42,496 bases of DNA from an uncultured candidate division Zixibacteria bacterium (lineage in GTDB: Bacteria; Zixibacteria; MSB-5A5; GN15; PGXB01): positions 1 to 42,496 of the forward strand of contig CALMKK010000222.1 in NCBI GenBank assembly GCA_937867135.1. Direction: 5' to 3'. The notes under the pieces were generated by a model, which saw only the letters and a list, made by a program, of their open reading frames with translations, was not told the origin of the DNA and did no database searches. Shown piece after piece: positions 19,170 through 28,435 of the stretch. Each line of letters begins with the position of its first letter. The first letter of the stretch is position 1. The translations under genes and the position numbers were made by a program.

Positions 19170-19756
19170 AAATATTGCTTTTGGGACCGTATCGGGAAAA
19201 TCTGGCGAATTATCTTAAATCTCTTGGTGATGATGTCACCCATACCGAAGAGCCGCTTCAAGCCGGGGCGGAAATACTGGACAAAAAAGATTTTTTGATA
19301 AGTTATGGCTATCGGCATATTTTGAGGAAGGAACTGCTGGGCCGGTTTCCGAATCGCGTCATAAATCTTCATATCTCGTATCTCCCGTGGAACCGGGGGG
19401 CCGATCCGAATCTCTGGAGCTTTATCGATGACACACCGAGAGGGGTTACGATACATTATATAGACGCCGGGCTCGATACCGGAGATATCCTGTTTCAGGA
19501 AGAACTGGGCTATGATCCGAATGATACGCTTCGTACCAGCTATGAACATCTGACGGAGGCCATAGAATCATTATTCATAAAAGTCTGGCCGGAAATTCGG
19601 GTCGGGAAGGCCAAATCATATCCCCAGCCTGCGGGGGGAACGGCGCATCGCCTAAAGGACCGCGATAGAGTGGAGCATCTGTTGATAAATGGTTGGGATA
19701 CGCCGGTCAGGGACCTAATCGGCAAAGGGACGCCGGTCATGCAGGAGGTCAAATGA
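19166..19756 (+). CDS. N10-formyl-THF-dependent sugar N-formyltransferase (PseJ-like)
   Basis: SYGYRHIL, INLHISYLPWNRGADP and GVTIHYIDAGLDTGDI, with the formyltransferase Asn/His/Asp catalytic residues. Confidence 0.88.
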   Translation: MKILLLGPYRENLANYLKSLGDDVTHTEEPLQAGAEILDKKDFLISYGYRHILRKELLGRFPNRVINLHISYLPWNRGADPNLWSFIDDTPRGVTIHYIDAGLDTGDILFQEELGYDPNDTLRTSYEHLTEAIESLFIKVWPEIRVGKAKSYPQPAGGTAHRLKDRDRVEHLLINGWDTPVRDLIGKGTPVMQEVK

Positions 19757-19757
19757 A

Positions 19758-20810
19758 ATGAAAGAAATTATGATAGGTTCAAGATGGATCGGCGAGGGAA
19801 GGCCTCCTTTTATTGTCGCCGAAATGTCGGGGAACCATAATCAATCACTGGAGCGGGCCCTGGCGATTGTCGAGGCGGCCGCGCAGGCGGGGGCGCACGG
19901 GCTCAAAATTCAGACTTACACGGCCGACACCATGACCCTTGATATCAATCGGGGGGAGTTTCATATCGGCGATGAGGGGAGTCTGTGGAAAGGGAAATCG
20001 CTGTATCAATTATATAATGAGGCTCATACCCCCTGGGAGTGGCACCGGGCGATTTTCGACCGCTGCCGCGAATTGGGCATGATCGGCTTCAGCACGCCGT
20101 TTGATATTACGGCGGTCGATTTTCTGGAGTCGCTCGATGTCCCCTGCTACAAGATAGCGTCGTTTGAGAATACCGATCTGCCTTTGATCCGCAAGGTGGC
20201 ATCGACCGGCAAGCCGATGATTATTTCGACCGGGATGGCCGGAATCGGGGATCTGGATGAGACCATCAGGACGGCACGCAATCAGGGATGCAAAGATATT
20301 ATCCTATTGAAATGCACCAGCAGTTATCCGGCGTCGCCTGAAAACAGCAACCTTCGCACCATTCCCCATCTGCGCGAACTTTTCGATCTTCCGGTCGGAT
20401 TGTCCGACCATACGCTCGGGATCGGGGCGGCGGTGGCGAGTGTCGCTTTTGGAGCGGCTGTCATAGAAAAGCATTTTACGCTCAATCGCGCCGAGGGGGG
20501 AGTCGATGCCGCTTTCTCGCTGGAACCGGCGGAGATGAAAATGCTGGTTGAGGAAACGGCGCGGGCCCGGCAGGCGCTGGGGAAAATCAGTTATGGGGTT
20601 TCGGAAAAGGAAAAGAAGTCGCTTCAATTTCGCCGTTCGTTGTATGTCGGCACCGATATGAAGGCGGGGGAAGAATTCACGCCGGAGAATCTTCGCGATA
20701 TCCGGCCGGGGTACGGTTTATCGCCGAAGTATTATGATGTCATACTGGGGAAGCGGGTGAGCCGTGATGTGTCCAAAGGAACACCGGTATCGTGGGAATT
20801 GATCGGGTGA
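19758..20810 (+). CDS. pseI: Pseudaminic acid synthase (NeuB family with SAF domain)
   Basis: AEMSGNHN, KIQTYTADT, AHTPWEWH, YKIASFE, LKCTSSYP, GLSDHTLG, IEKHFTL, FRRSLY, IRPGYGL. Confidence 0.93.
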   Translation: MKEIMIGSRWIGEGRPPFIVAEMSGNHNQSLERALAIVEAAAQAGAHGLKIQTYTADTMTLDINRGEFHIGDEGSLWKGKSLYQLYNEAHTPWEWHRAIFDRCRELGMIGFSTPFDITAVDFLESLDVPCYKIASFENTDLPLIRKVASTGKPMIISTGMAGIGDLDETIRTARNQGCKDIILLKCTSSYPASPENSNLRTIPHLRELFDLPVGLSDHTLGIGAAVASVAFGAAVIEKHFTLNRAEGGVDAAFSLEPAEMKMLVEETARARQALGKISYGVSEKEKKSLQFRRSLYVGTDMKAGEEFTPENLRDIRPGYGLSPKYYDVILGKRVSRDVSKGTPVSWELIG

Positions 20811-22105
20811 TGGGTTACTTCAAAAGCAGCATAGTGAATGTAATTTTGCGGGCCGCTACCATGGCCAGCAAGTTTATTCTATTGTTATACATGGCAAGAT
20901 ATCTTTCCGCCGAAGATTTGGGAAGTTTTGGCCTCATCACGGTGACAATTGGAATTGCAGTATATGTACTTGGAATGGATTTCTATGTATTTAGCGGTCG
21001 AGAATTGCTTCGCCAATCCAATGTCCCAACGGCGCCAATGCTGCGCGATCAATTTATTTTTCATACTATTATTTACGTTTTTGGATTACCGCTGCTGATT
21101 ATTCCATTTTTGGCAGGGGTATTATCGTGGAATTACATCGGATGGATATATATTCTTTTGATTTTGGAGCATGTTTCTCAGGAAGCATATCGCGTATTGA
21201 TAACGGTTTCAAGAGCGACCACTGCCAATATGATATTATTCCTTAGAAGCGGAATCTGGATTTATGCCGCCATTGCAGTCGGAATATTCGTTCCTCGTAT
21301 GCAAAATTTACACTTCATTTTGCTCACATGGATGATTGGCGCAACCTTGAGCATCGGGGGGGCAGTTTATGCCTTACGGAAATATGGATGGAATAATGTC
21401 AAATCAGTTCCCATTGATTGGGCATGGATACGGCGCGGGGCGGGAATCTCCCTTCCGTTTTTTATAGGTACGATAGCTCTGATGGGCGTGCAATATATGG
21501 ATAGGTATTTTATTCAAGCATATTATGGGGAAGCAAAAGTCGGCATATATACGTTTTATTCACAATTGGCCAATGCCCTTCAGATTTTTATGGCCAGCGG
21601 TGTACTTAGCCTTCTATATCCAAAACTTATTACCTATTTTCAATCAGGCGATCTGGCCAATTATAGGATTATGAAACGCAAATTAATCAAGGGCGTTTCA
21701 ATCGGGGGAGGGTTGATTGCCGCTATTCTTTCCGTTGCGGTTCCAATTATAGTGCGGTTTCTAAACCGCCCTCATTTTGCGGAATATCTTTCGCTCTTCT
21801 GGTTTTTGTTGGGAAGCGCGATGATTCTCACTATATCCTATATTCCACATTATATGTTATATGCCCAGCATCGTGATAAGACAATTGTTCGGGCCACTCT
21901 GATATCCTGCGGAACCGCAATTATTTTGAATTTCCTGCTTGTGCCCCGACTGGGGCTATACGGTGCCGGAATTACGTCACTTATTTCGTCAACATTATTA
22001 CTGGTGTTGAAAACCCTACCAATTCTATTGCGTTCAGGCGAAAGAGAATTTAATCGTCAGATGGCGCCGGATAAACAACCTGCTGTTGCCAATGTTGAGG
22101 TTTGA
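20810..22105 (+). CDS. wzx: Wzx-type (MOP/PST) oligosaccharide flippase
   Basis: About 12 TM segments with DRYFI, VGIYT and LVPRLGLYGAG. Likely start is ATG 20810, overlapping the pseI stop (TGATG). Confidence 0.82.
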   Translation: MGYFKSSIVNVILRAATMASKFILLLYMARYLSAEDLGSFGLITVTIGIAVYVLGMDFYVFSGRELLRQSNVPTAPMLRDQFIFHTIIYVFGLPLLIIPFLAGVLSWNYIGWIYILLILEHVSQEAYRVLITVSRATTANMILFLRSGIWIYAAIAVGIFVPRMQNLHFILLTWMIGATLSIGGAVYALRKYGWNNVKSVPIDWAWIRRGAGISLPFFIGTIALMGVQYMDRYFIQAYYGEAKVGIYTFYSQLANALQIFMASGVLSLLYPKLITYFQSGDLANYRIMKRKLIKGVSIGGGLIAAILSVAVPIIVRFLNRPHFAEYLSLFWFLLGSAMILTISYIPHYMLYAQHRDKTIVRATLISCGTAIILNFLLVPRLGLYGAGITSLISSTLLLVLKTLPILLRSGEREFNRQMAPDKQPAVANVEV

Positions 22106-22107
22106 GG

Positions 22108-23523
22108 ATGCGGAAAAGCGCTGAAAATAATATCTGTTTTGTCGCGAATTTCGGGAAGACGGAATTCTTTGAGGGGATCGCCGAGAAACTCAAAGAAAAG
22201 GGAATAGGTATTTTCTGGATAACGGTCAATCGCCGGTTATATGTCTATCTTAAAGAGCGATACCCGGAGAGCCGTATTCTTCTTATCAATAAAAAATATA
22301 TCAATATCCCGTCGGATGCAATTGACGATTTCAAACTGCAGGGATTGGTTTTCGGCGACCGCGTGCTCCGTCATATGCCGGTCGATGGGATAAAATATCT
22401 GACCAATATCCAGCGTCCGCTGTATGAGTTTGTAGCATCGAACAATATCGATCATATTTTCGGGGAAGTGACCTGGGCGCACGAAATATTAATCCTGAGA
22501 CTGGTGAATCGCCGGAAAGAACTGCGGTGCCGTTATCTCAACCCGGCAACGATCCGGATTCCCAACGGCCGTTTTGCATTTTTCGAGGATGAGTATCAAG
22601 CGGTATTATTTGAAAGGCCCCGGAACGGAAATAGCAGGGCGGAACAGCCGATCATAAAATTGGAAAAGCCGGATTATCTTAAATTGAATGACAACCTTCT
22701 GCGGAAATCACGGTCAATGAAAGCCCGGCTGGCCAGGATCAAGCGGTTTTTCACGCGGGAAAATATCGATGCGCTCGATCCGACCCTGATGGATGACGAT
22801 TGGCTCCGTTTCAAAATGCGGATAAGAGAAGAATGGAACAAAGAAACCTACCGGTTCGTGAACACCTCCGAACTCAACGAATTCGGGGGAAAGAAATTCG
22901 CGCTGGTGACCCTGCATAAACAACCGGAAGCATCAATTGATGTTCTGGGGCGGTACTACGACGATCAATTCCGCAATATATTCAATATCCGGCGGTTCCT
23001 TCCGGCGGACTGGCCGGTGCTGGTGAAAGAGCATACCAATGCCATCGGCGACCGAAGCTATGGCTTCTACCGCCGTTTGCAGAAAATCCCCGGGATATAT
23101 ATCCTGAATGAAAAGACCGATTCGCATGAGGCGATTCGCCGGAGCGAACTGGTTATCACCGTCTCCGGCACGGTCGCTTATGAAGCGGCCCTGATGGGGA
23201 AGACGGCTTTCACGCTGGTGCCGACTTTCTTCAACCGCCTGCCGCATTGCCGGCATGTCACGCTGGAGGATTTTCGAGCGGCGGACTCGGTGCGGGATTT
23301 GATGGCTCGGGCGGAAGAGGGGGACGATGATTTCGCGCGGTGGCTGTTTCGGAACAGCTTTCGGGGGATAATCAGCGATCCGCATTCCAATCCGGCCTGT
23401 ATGACAGAGGAGAATATCAATTATGTGGCCGGGGCTATGATGGAGGCGCTGAAAGACGACGCCTTATCCGGCGACGATAAAAGGTCGCTTGCGGATAAGA
23501 TGGAGACGGTGACCGCACGATGA
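22108..23523 (+). CDS. KpsS/LipB-like (Capsule_synth) glycosyltransferase, candidate pseudaminyltransferase
   Basis: C-terminal LHKQPEASID, LVKEH and VITVSGTVAYEAALMGK motifs. Start is ATG 22108 or TTG 22102. Confidence 0.7.
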   Translation: MRKSAENNICFVANFGKTEFFEGIAEKLKEKGIGIFWITVNRRLYVYLKERYPESRILLINKKYINIPSDAIDDFKLQGLVFGDRVLRHMPVDGIKYLTNIQRPLYEFVASNNIDHIFGEVTWAHEILILRLVNRRKELRCRYLNPATIRIPNGRFAFFEDEYQAVLFERPRNGNSRAEQPIIKLEKPDYLKLNDNLLRKSRSMKARLARIKRFFTRENIDALDPTLMDDDWLRFKMRIREEWNKETYRFVNTSELNEFGGKKFALVTLHKQPEASIDVLGRYYDDQFRNIFNIRRFLPADWPVLVKEHTNAIGDRSYGFYRRLQKIPGIYILNEKTDSHEAIRRSELVITVSGTVAYEAALMGKTAFTLVPTFFNRLPHCRHVTLEDFRAADSVRDLMARAEEGDDDFARWLFRNSFRGIISDPHSNPACMTEENINYVAGAMMEALKDDALSGDDKRSLADKMETVTAR

Positions 23524-24674
23524 AAACGAAAACAGCTATCCTCGGATATTATCACGGCCCCAAATTGGGAGTGGGCGTATTCATAGATAAATTCATTTCG
23601 CATCTTCCGGCGGCGGAAGATAAGGAATTTGTCCTGTACACCAATAAGAATACGGCGGCAAATATAACATCGCCTCTGGGACATGTGCAAATTATGACCC
23701 CGTGGATGCTTGGGGCCGGTTCTCTTCCGGCCATAATCTGGTCGGCATTCATTTTCCCCATGGTCTGTTTATTGAAGGGATTCAAAACGGCGGTTATATT
23801 GGCCAATCCAATCGTGCTGATTCCGATTCTACGCTTTATAGTCGTCATAAATGATCTCAATGAATTCGAAATGTCCAAGAAATATGGGCGGATACGTACA
23901 TTCTATAGAAAGAAAATAATGTTGCCGGGATCGATGCGCAACAGTACCGCTATTGTGGCGATTTCCGAATTTGTCAAAAGACAGATACAGAAATATTTTC
24001 CGGCCGTGCCGGAAGGGAGAGTGAGAGTTATTCCCGAGGGGGTCGATAATCCGGTCGGGGATGAATCCCGAACGGCCGGAATATTAAGAGACAACGGTCT
24101 TGCGGACAACGGATATTATTTGATTGTCGGGCGGATTGACCCGCACGGAAAAAATCTTTATGCGGCATTGAAATTGTATCTGCGCCTGGAAAGAGAACAT
24201 CCGGGCCGGAAACTGGTGCTGGCGGGCGGAATCAACGATTTCGGCTCCGGTGAGGCCGACAATTTTCTGCAAATGATAAGAAGCAACCGCAATTATATCA
24301 ACCGCGTGCAATATTTGGGGCATGTCGATGAGTTGACTCTATCGGCGCTTTATCAAGGGGCGATGGCGGTGATTCTCTTTTCACGGGTGGAAGGTTTCGG
24401 CTTCCCCATGATGGAGGCTTTCAAGCATGGCTGTCCGGTGCTGTTTAACGCCGCCTGTCAGGTGCTGTTGGAACAAGCCGAAGGCGCCGGTTTTCCGATT
24501 GATGAAAATGATTTAAATGAAGGTCGGGGTATTAATGTGACCGCCATTTATAATCCGGAACAAAGGGCGGCGCTGGCGGTTCGGATGGCGGCAATCGCGC
24601 AGAAATATGACTGGGACAGGAATGTGACGGCCTATCTGAAACTGATAGCGGAAACGGCAGGGGAGAAAATCTGA
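23520..24674 (+). CDS. GT4-family glycosyltransferase
   Basis: ISEFVK, VGRID...KN, and the E-x7-E motif SRVEGFGFPMMEA. Confidence 0.88.
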   Translation: MKTKTAILGYYHGPKLGVGVFIDKFISHLPAAEDKEFVLYTNKNTAANITSPLGHVQIMTPWMLGAGSLPAIIWSAFIFPMVCLLKGFKTAVILANPIVLIPILRFIVVINDLNEFEMSKKYGRIRTFYRKKIMLPGSMRNSTAIVAISEFVKRQIQKYFPAVPEGRVRVIPEGVDNPVGDESRTAGILRDNGLADNGYYLIVGRIDPHGKNLYAALKLYLRLEREHPGRKLVLAGGINDFGSGEADNFLQMIRSNRNYINRVQYLGHVDELTLSALYQGAMAVILFSRVEGFGFPMMEAFKHGCPVLFNAACQVLLEQAEGAGFPIDENDLNEGRGINVTAIYNPEQRAALAVRMAAIAQKYDWDRNVTAYLKLIAETAGEKI

Positions 24675-25900
24675 TGCGGCGTCGAACCATATTCTCCATA
24701 TTTATTATCTTCTATTTATATTTTCTGCTGGGGGGCCTGCTATCGTACCGTCTGGCCAATTATTTCTGGTTCATAAACTATGATTTCAATTATCAGGTTT
24801 CATTTCTAATGCCGATATTGTATGCATTGGCGGCCCTGGCGGCGTTTCTGCTGGCCTATTTTACGTTCGAGAAAATCAAATTCAAATCAGGGTTAACGAA
24901 TAATGAGACAACAAAGCCGGTGGGTTCTTCCGAAGACCGATATATTCCGGCGCTATTAGCCCTTTTTGGGGTCGGTGCGGCCGGTTTCCTGCTTATGATG
25001 TCGCAGTACGGCGGGAAAATTCCGCTTCTTTCCGAGCATGCCGATGATTTTCGGACCAGGATTTCGAGCGGACTTCCGCAGATTCTGTATTTTCAGCTGG
25101 TTCTAACCGCAGTCCTGGGCTATTTCCGGGCGGGACGGTCAAGAGAAAGAAAGCAACGATATCTGATGGCAGGTATTACGGTAATCTCCTTATGCCTTAT
25201 CCTGATGGGCGGATCGCGTTCGATGTTTCTCACGCCGGTTCTGGTTATCTTGATAGATGTCTGGCGCAAAAAAGTCATTAAAACCGGATATCTTGTAATG
25301 GCCGGAACGGCCGCCGTGATAATCTGGTTTGCCGTGGGAATACTGCGGATGGGAGTGGAGCTGGGACCGGAGATATTTCTTCTCCGCTTCGCGGCCGATT
25401 TTGCGCCGGAATTCCGGGAATTTGCGAAATTACTGGCGTACATTCCCGATAAAATTGGCTACTTGAATGGTCAGATGTTCACCAATACTTTTTACATCAT
25501 GATACCGGGCGGAGTTCTGGATCTGGTCGGGGTAGCCAAATCTGTCGATTGGGTTCCGTTCGGGGAATTTCTCAAAAACCTTTTCGGCTATGAATTTGCA
25601 GGCGGGGGACTTCGGGCGGGCCTGATCGCCGAGTTTTATGCGAATTTTGGCCCATGGGGAATAATCGGGGGATTCTATTTTCTGGGAATTATTATTCGCT
25701 TTTTTGACAGCCGGATAAATCGTTTCAGCGGGGATAAGTCGGCTTTGTATCTTTTAATCGGAATCAGTCTCGCCTCCAGCACGCTTTTTACTTTAGATGC
25801 GGTAATTTACAAAATTGCGGCTTTTATTTTCGGTTGGATAATTTATAAAGCGGTTTTATTTGCTATCAGCGAAATTTCTTTAACAATACCACAAAATTGA
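24674..25900 (+). CDS. wzy: Wzy-like oligosaccharide repeat-unit polymerase
   Basis: About 10-11 TM segments, GGSRS, a large periplasmic loop and AEFYANFGPWG. Position within a wzx-GT cluster supports the call. Confidence 0.72.
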   Translation: MRRRTIFSIFIIFYLYFLLGGLLSYRLANYFWFINYDFNYQVSFLMPILYALAALAAFLLAYFTFEKIKFKSGLTNNETTKPVGSSEDRYIPALLALFGVGAAGFLLMMSQYGGKIPLLSEHADDFRTRISSGLPQILYFQLVLTAVLGYFRAGRSRERKQRYLMAGITVISLCLILMGGSRSMFLTPVLVILIDVWRKKVIKTGYLVMAGTAAVIIWFAVGILRMGVELGPEIFLLRFAADFAPEFREFAKLLAYIPDKIGYLNGQMFTNTFYIMIPGGVLDLVGVAKSVDWVPFGEFLKNLFGYEFAGGGLRAGLIAEFYANFGPWGIIGGFYFLGIIIRFFDSRINRFSGDKSALYLLIGISLASSTLFTLDAVIYKIAAFIFGWIIYKAVLFAISEISLTIPQN

Positions 25901-25967
25901 GCCATTATATCAATAGCTTCTCTTGCCGATAATGCAGGCATCGATTCAAAATATGAGAAATGACACC

Positions 25968-27152
25968 ATGACTAAAAACAATGCATCGTTTATTGCTTTT
26001 TGCGGGACAAGGGGAATCCCGGCCAATTACGGCGGGTTTGAAACGGCCGTGGACGAAATCTCGCGCCGTTTCGCCGAGAAGGGGTATCAATGCCAGGTCT
26101 TCTGCCGCTTGTCATCGGGGTACAAACCATCCGAGGACAAATACGGACGAAAGCTGGTGTATATCAAGGGAAGCCGCCGCCGCAAATTCGATACCTTTGT
26201 TTCATCCATTCAAACCGGTTGGTATATCTGGAAACATCGCCATGATTACCGTTTCATATTCTGGTTCAATAACGCCAATTTCCCCGGCATAATCATGACC
26301 TGGCTGGCGGCCCTGCCGATGGCGGTCAATACCGACGGTCTGGAATGGCGGCGGAAAAAATGGGCCTGGCCGTTTAAATTGTACTATCTGGTATCATCGT
26401 TTATAATTTGCCGTCTCTGCAGTCGGTTGATCTCCGATTCCCTGGCTATCCAGGATTTCTATCTCGATAAATTATTTAAAAACACGAGTTATATACCATA
26501 TGGGTATCCGGAACCGGCGCCGACCGAGACCGATCATCAGGCCGCAATCCTCAAAAAATACGGTCTGCAACGGGGGAAATATTACCTTCAAATCACCCGC
26601 TTCGAACCGGACAATCTTCCTTTGGAAATCGCCCGCTACTATATCCGCTCTTTCCTCAATCGGCGCGGATATAAGCTGGTGATCGTGGGATACAAAGAAC
26701 CGACCCCGTATGCGCTCAAACTCCGGGCCATGAACGGCCAGAATGATATAACGATCCTTGATGCCATCTACGACGCCGAAGAGCTGGCCGTTTTGCGAAG
26801 CAATTGTTTCTGCTATATCCATGGCAATTCGGTCGGGGGAACCAACCCCGCTCTTCTGGAGGCGATGGCATTTTGTCCGCGAGTGATGGCGATCGACAGC
26901 GAATTCAGCCACGAAGTCCTGGGTGATTCCGGTTTCTATTTCAAAATCGATGAGATGATAAGCGCTTTTCAGCAATCGCTTTTACTATTCGACCGCTCGG
27001 AGGAAATGAAAGTGCGCTTGAACGAATTCTACCTATGGGACAAAGTGGCGGAAAGTTATATTAACCTGTCCGAGAAGAAACCTGCCGATTACAATGTCAA
27101 GCATCCTTCCAATCCGGAAGAAGAACAGACTTTTGAAGAGGCTTACTATTAA
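25968..27152 (+). CDS. GT4-like glycosyltransferase with DUF1972 N-terminus
   Basis: GTRGIPANYGGFET, NTDGLEWRRKKW, RFEPDN, HGNSVGGTNPALLEAM. Start uncertain (25923-25968). Confidence 0.85.
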   Translation: MTKNNASFIAFCGTRGIPANYGGFETAVDEISRRFAEKGYQCQVFCRLSSGYKPSEDKYGRKLVYIKGSRRRKFDTFVSSIQTGWYIWKHRHDYRFIFWFNNANFPGIIMTWLAALPMAVNTDGLEWRRKKWAWPFKLYYLVSSFIICRLCSRLISDSLAIQDFYLDKLFKNTSYIPYGYPEPAPTETDHQAAILKKYGLQRGKYYLQITRFEPDNLPLEIARYYIRSFLNRRGYKLVIVGYKEPTPYALKLRAMNGQNDITILDAIYDAEELAVLRSNCFCYIHGNSVGGTNPALLEAMAFCPRVMAIDSEFSHEVLGDSGFYFKIDEMISAFQQSLLLFDRSEEMKVRLNEFYLWDKVAESYINLSEKKPADYNVKHPSNPEEEQTFEEAYY

Positions 27153-27291
27153 GAAAGTAAATTTGTGAAAGATGGAGCAGATTTAACCGAAAGGAACGGA
27201 AAGATTTTCCGGGAAAGAAATTTGCCAATATGGTGCGAATTTATAAGTCGATGCAGTTAAGGGTGTTGGCTTTGAAGGCAAATTGATAATT

Positions 27292-27308
27292 TTGGCATTA
27301 AATTTGAC
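27292..27308 (+). promoter_or_regulatory. Possible sigma54 promoter of wzz (non-canonical -12)
   Basis: TTGGCAT-TAAAT-TTGAC has the GG-N10-G spacing but GA instead of GC at -12. Confidence 0.45.
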
Positions 27309-27343
27309 ATCATTATAAACGGTGAAATCTGTCCGAGGATAAA

Positions 27344-28432
27344 ATGCAGAGAAGAGTAATTTTAAAAAGCGGCCCGAATCAAGAAGTGGAGAACGGCGCT
27401 TTCAATATTTTTGAGGCGGCATCGGTTATATTAAATCGAAGGAAAACTATTTTTATCGGCGTGATAGCCGTGGCGGTTTTGACCGCGGGCATTTTATTTC
27501 TCATTCCCAATAAATATATTTCGACGGCCACGATTTTGCCTTCCGGTAACAACGATCAGATGAATGAATTGAAGGCCCTGGCAGGACTGGGGGGGCTGAT
27601 ATCGCCCGATGATAATTCTTCGGAATTATTTCCTGTGATTCTGCAATCTCAAGGGGTGCGGAATGCAGTTTTGTCCAAGACTTACTCTTTTGTGCATAAA
27701 AATAAAAGTATGACCTTGAGTTTGAAAGAATATTTCGGGATTGAGAATCCCGATAAACTGCGCAAGGCTCTTCTGCATATATCTTCAATTGCGACCGACA
27801 AAAAAACCGGTGTGATCACCCTGGGCGTGGAAACCGAGTATCCGGCGCTGTCGCAGGCGATATTGAATGAATATTTGGTCCAACTGGATGATTTTGTACA
27901 GAATAAGCAGCGATCGGGGGCGAAAGAAAATGCGCGCTACCTGGCCGCACAGCTGTCTCAAACCAAATTGGATCTGGAGGCGACCGAAAACCAAATGGAG
28001 GCGTATCAGCAGGTCAACCGGGATTGGTCGGGAAGCGGCGATCCGCAAATCCTTAAGACTATCGCCCAACTACAACGTGATATTGAAATTAAATCGCAAA
28101 CCTATGCTTTTCTATTTCAGCAGTATGAATCGGCCAAACTGGATGTTCAAAAAGACATTCCGGTGGTTCGTATTCTTGATCGGCCGACCTTGCCGACCAT
28201 AAAATCCGGGCCGCATCGATTGGTTAATATCATTCTATTTTCCCTGGTGACTTTGATGATTATGATTTTTTATGTTCTGTTTACGGAATCCGTCCGCAGG
28301 AAAAATAGAAACGGCTGGGACGATTATAGTAATTTCCGCAACGATCTCAATGACTCTTTCCCGCGCACGACGGGCTTCGTTAATCGTTTGATGAAGATAG
28401 AGCGGGCCGAAAAGCCGATCGAGAGTAATTGA
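27344..28432 (+). CDS. wzz: Polysaccharide co-polymerase (Wzz/GNVR type, no kinase domain)
   Basis: N-terminal TM, PNKYISTATILP, coiled-coil, Pro-rich DRPTLPTIKSGP and a second TM. Confidence 0.82.
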   Translation: MQRRVILKSGPNQEVENGAFNIFEAASVILNRRKTIFIGVIAVAVLTAGILFLIPNKYISTATILPSGNNDQMNELKALAGLGGLISPDDNSSELFPVILQSQGVRNAVLSKTYSFVHKNKSMTLSLKEYFGIENPDKLRKALLHISSIATDKKTGVITLGVETEYPALSQAILNEYLVQLDDFVQNKQRSGAKENARYLAAQLSQTKLDLEATENQMEAYQQVNRDWSGSGDPQILKTIAQLQRDIEIKSQTYAFLFQQYESAKLDVQKDIPVVRILDRPTLPTIKSGPHRLVNIILFSLVTLMIMIFYVLFTESVRRKNRNGWDDYSNFRNDLNDSFPRTTGFVNRLMKIERAEKPIESN

Positions 28433-28435
28433 TAT

